The translations under genes and the position numbers were made by a program. A stretch of DNA of 28,240 nucleotides from Spirochaetota bacterium. GTDB lineage: Bacteria > Spirochaetota > UBA4802 > UBA5550. Shown here one piece after another: positions 27,478-28,240 of the stretch (position 1 is the first letter of the stretch; each line of letters opens with the position of its first letter). The notes below the pieces were generated by a model, which was given only the letters and a program-made list of their open reading frames with translations, was not told where the DNA came from and made no database searches. Location: positions 1-28,240 of the forward strand of contig JBNKTL010000058.1 of NCBI GenBank assembly GCA_050298055.1. The letters run 5' to 3'.

Positions 27478-27600
27478 AGTTACTACTCAGCTAGATATAA
27501 AAAAGATAATTGATATGTCCCCGCCGCCGAAGGCGGCGGGGACATATTGTTGATATTTTAACAAATACATTTATTATAGTCATAATAGATGAGTAGTTGC
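27478..27600 (+). mobile_element. MITE-like element copy G
   Basis: AGTTACTACTCAGCTA left end, perfect hairpin ATATGTCCCCGCCGCC-GAA-GGCGGCGGGGACATAT (27513-27547), TGTTGATATTTTA motif, right end TAGATGAGTAGTTGC. Confidence 0.8.
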
Positions 27601-27649
27601 GTAAAAAAGGGAAATAACATATCAGCCGTGAATGATGACAGAGGGAATT

Positions 27650-28189
27650 TTAGCCGGTAGAGGGAATATCATAACCGGCCTTTTTATAGATCTTTTTAAT
27701 CTTAAGGAGGTCCTCCTCAAGGGTCTCACCGGGCATTATTTTTCCCAGCCACCTTGTACTTTTCCTTTTATGGTCAAGATACCAGCAGACAATGGGAACA
27801 TTCGCTTTTTTTGCAATATTCCAGAACCCGGTCCTGAGCCGCGTAACGTTTTTCCGGGTACCCTCGGGGACAAGGGCAAGGACAAGGTCATCCCTCTTCT
27901 CAAACTCCCGGGCAATCATGTCAACAAATCCCGATGCCCTGTCCCTTTTGACCGGGATCCCGCCCAGGCTTTTAAGCAGCAGGGACATGGGCCAGAAGAA
28001 CCACTCCTGTTTGACCAGGAGCTTTGCATTAACTTTAGCAAGCTTTATGTAGGAAAAGGCAAGAAAAGTATCAAGGTTTGATGTGTGAGGGAACCCGATA
28101 ACCACCTGCTTCCTGGACCAGTATGGGGGCAGTTCATCATAGGACCAGCCGAGAATTTTATAGAGAATTTTTCCTAGTCAAGTGCCCAA
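27650..28189 (-). pseudogene. PlsC-like acyltransferase with an in-frame TGA at codon 4 (pseudogene or sequence error)
   Basis: PHTSNLD (HxxxxD), GGIPVKR, PEGTR, TGFWNIA. The frame extends upstream of the track ORF as TTG-G-T-TGA-LGKILYKILGWSYDELPPYWSRKQVVIGFPH. Confidence 0.65.
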
Positions 28190-28240
28190 CGTTTAATCAA
28201 AAAGGGAAAATAAAAGGAAAGGGACCAAAGCCTCAAAGAT

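Overview
Chromosomal window from a bacterium using the standard genetic code. A spirochaete-like lineage is suggested by the rpsT-HU adjacency and the style of the hypothetical proteins; this is inference only. Housekeeping content: tcdA, nfeD-SPFH, mpl, rpsT-hup-tRNA-Val, a hybrid sensor kinase, a polyamine operon (two speD paralogues plus speE), a GH13_18 phosphorylase, a Ca/Na antiporter, a protease-rimK-M14 peptidase triad, an MBL hydrolase, an aminotransferase, sppA-Yip1, rnpB and a PlsC-like gene with a broken 5' end. Main unexplained signals: (1) an intergenic MITE-like family, 8 copies plus 1 partial, whose GTAACTACTCAG...CTGAGTAGTTAC ends enclose two unrelated hairpin cores; (2) a SAM-centred block at 12.4-16.8 kb, in which two SET-domain genes bracket the polyamine operon, and the operon carries a divergent second SpeD, candidate uORFs and an exported protein of unknown function; (3) an unannotated FlgM-like gene behind a sigma-28 promoter; (4) decayed toxin-antitoxin and immunity relics. 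All family calls come from motif reading by eye; no searches were run.
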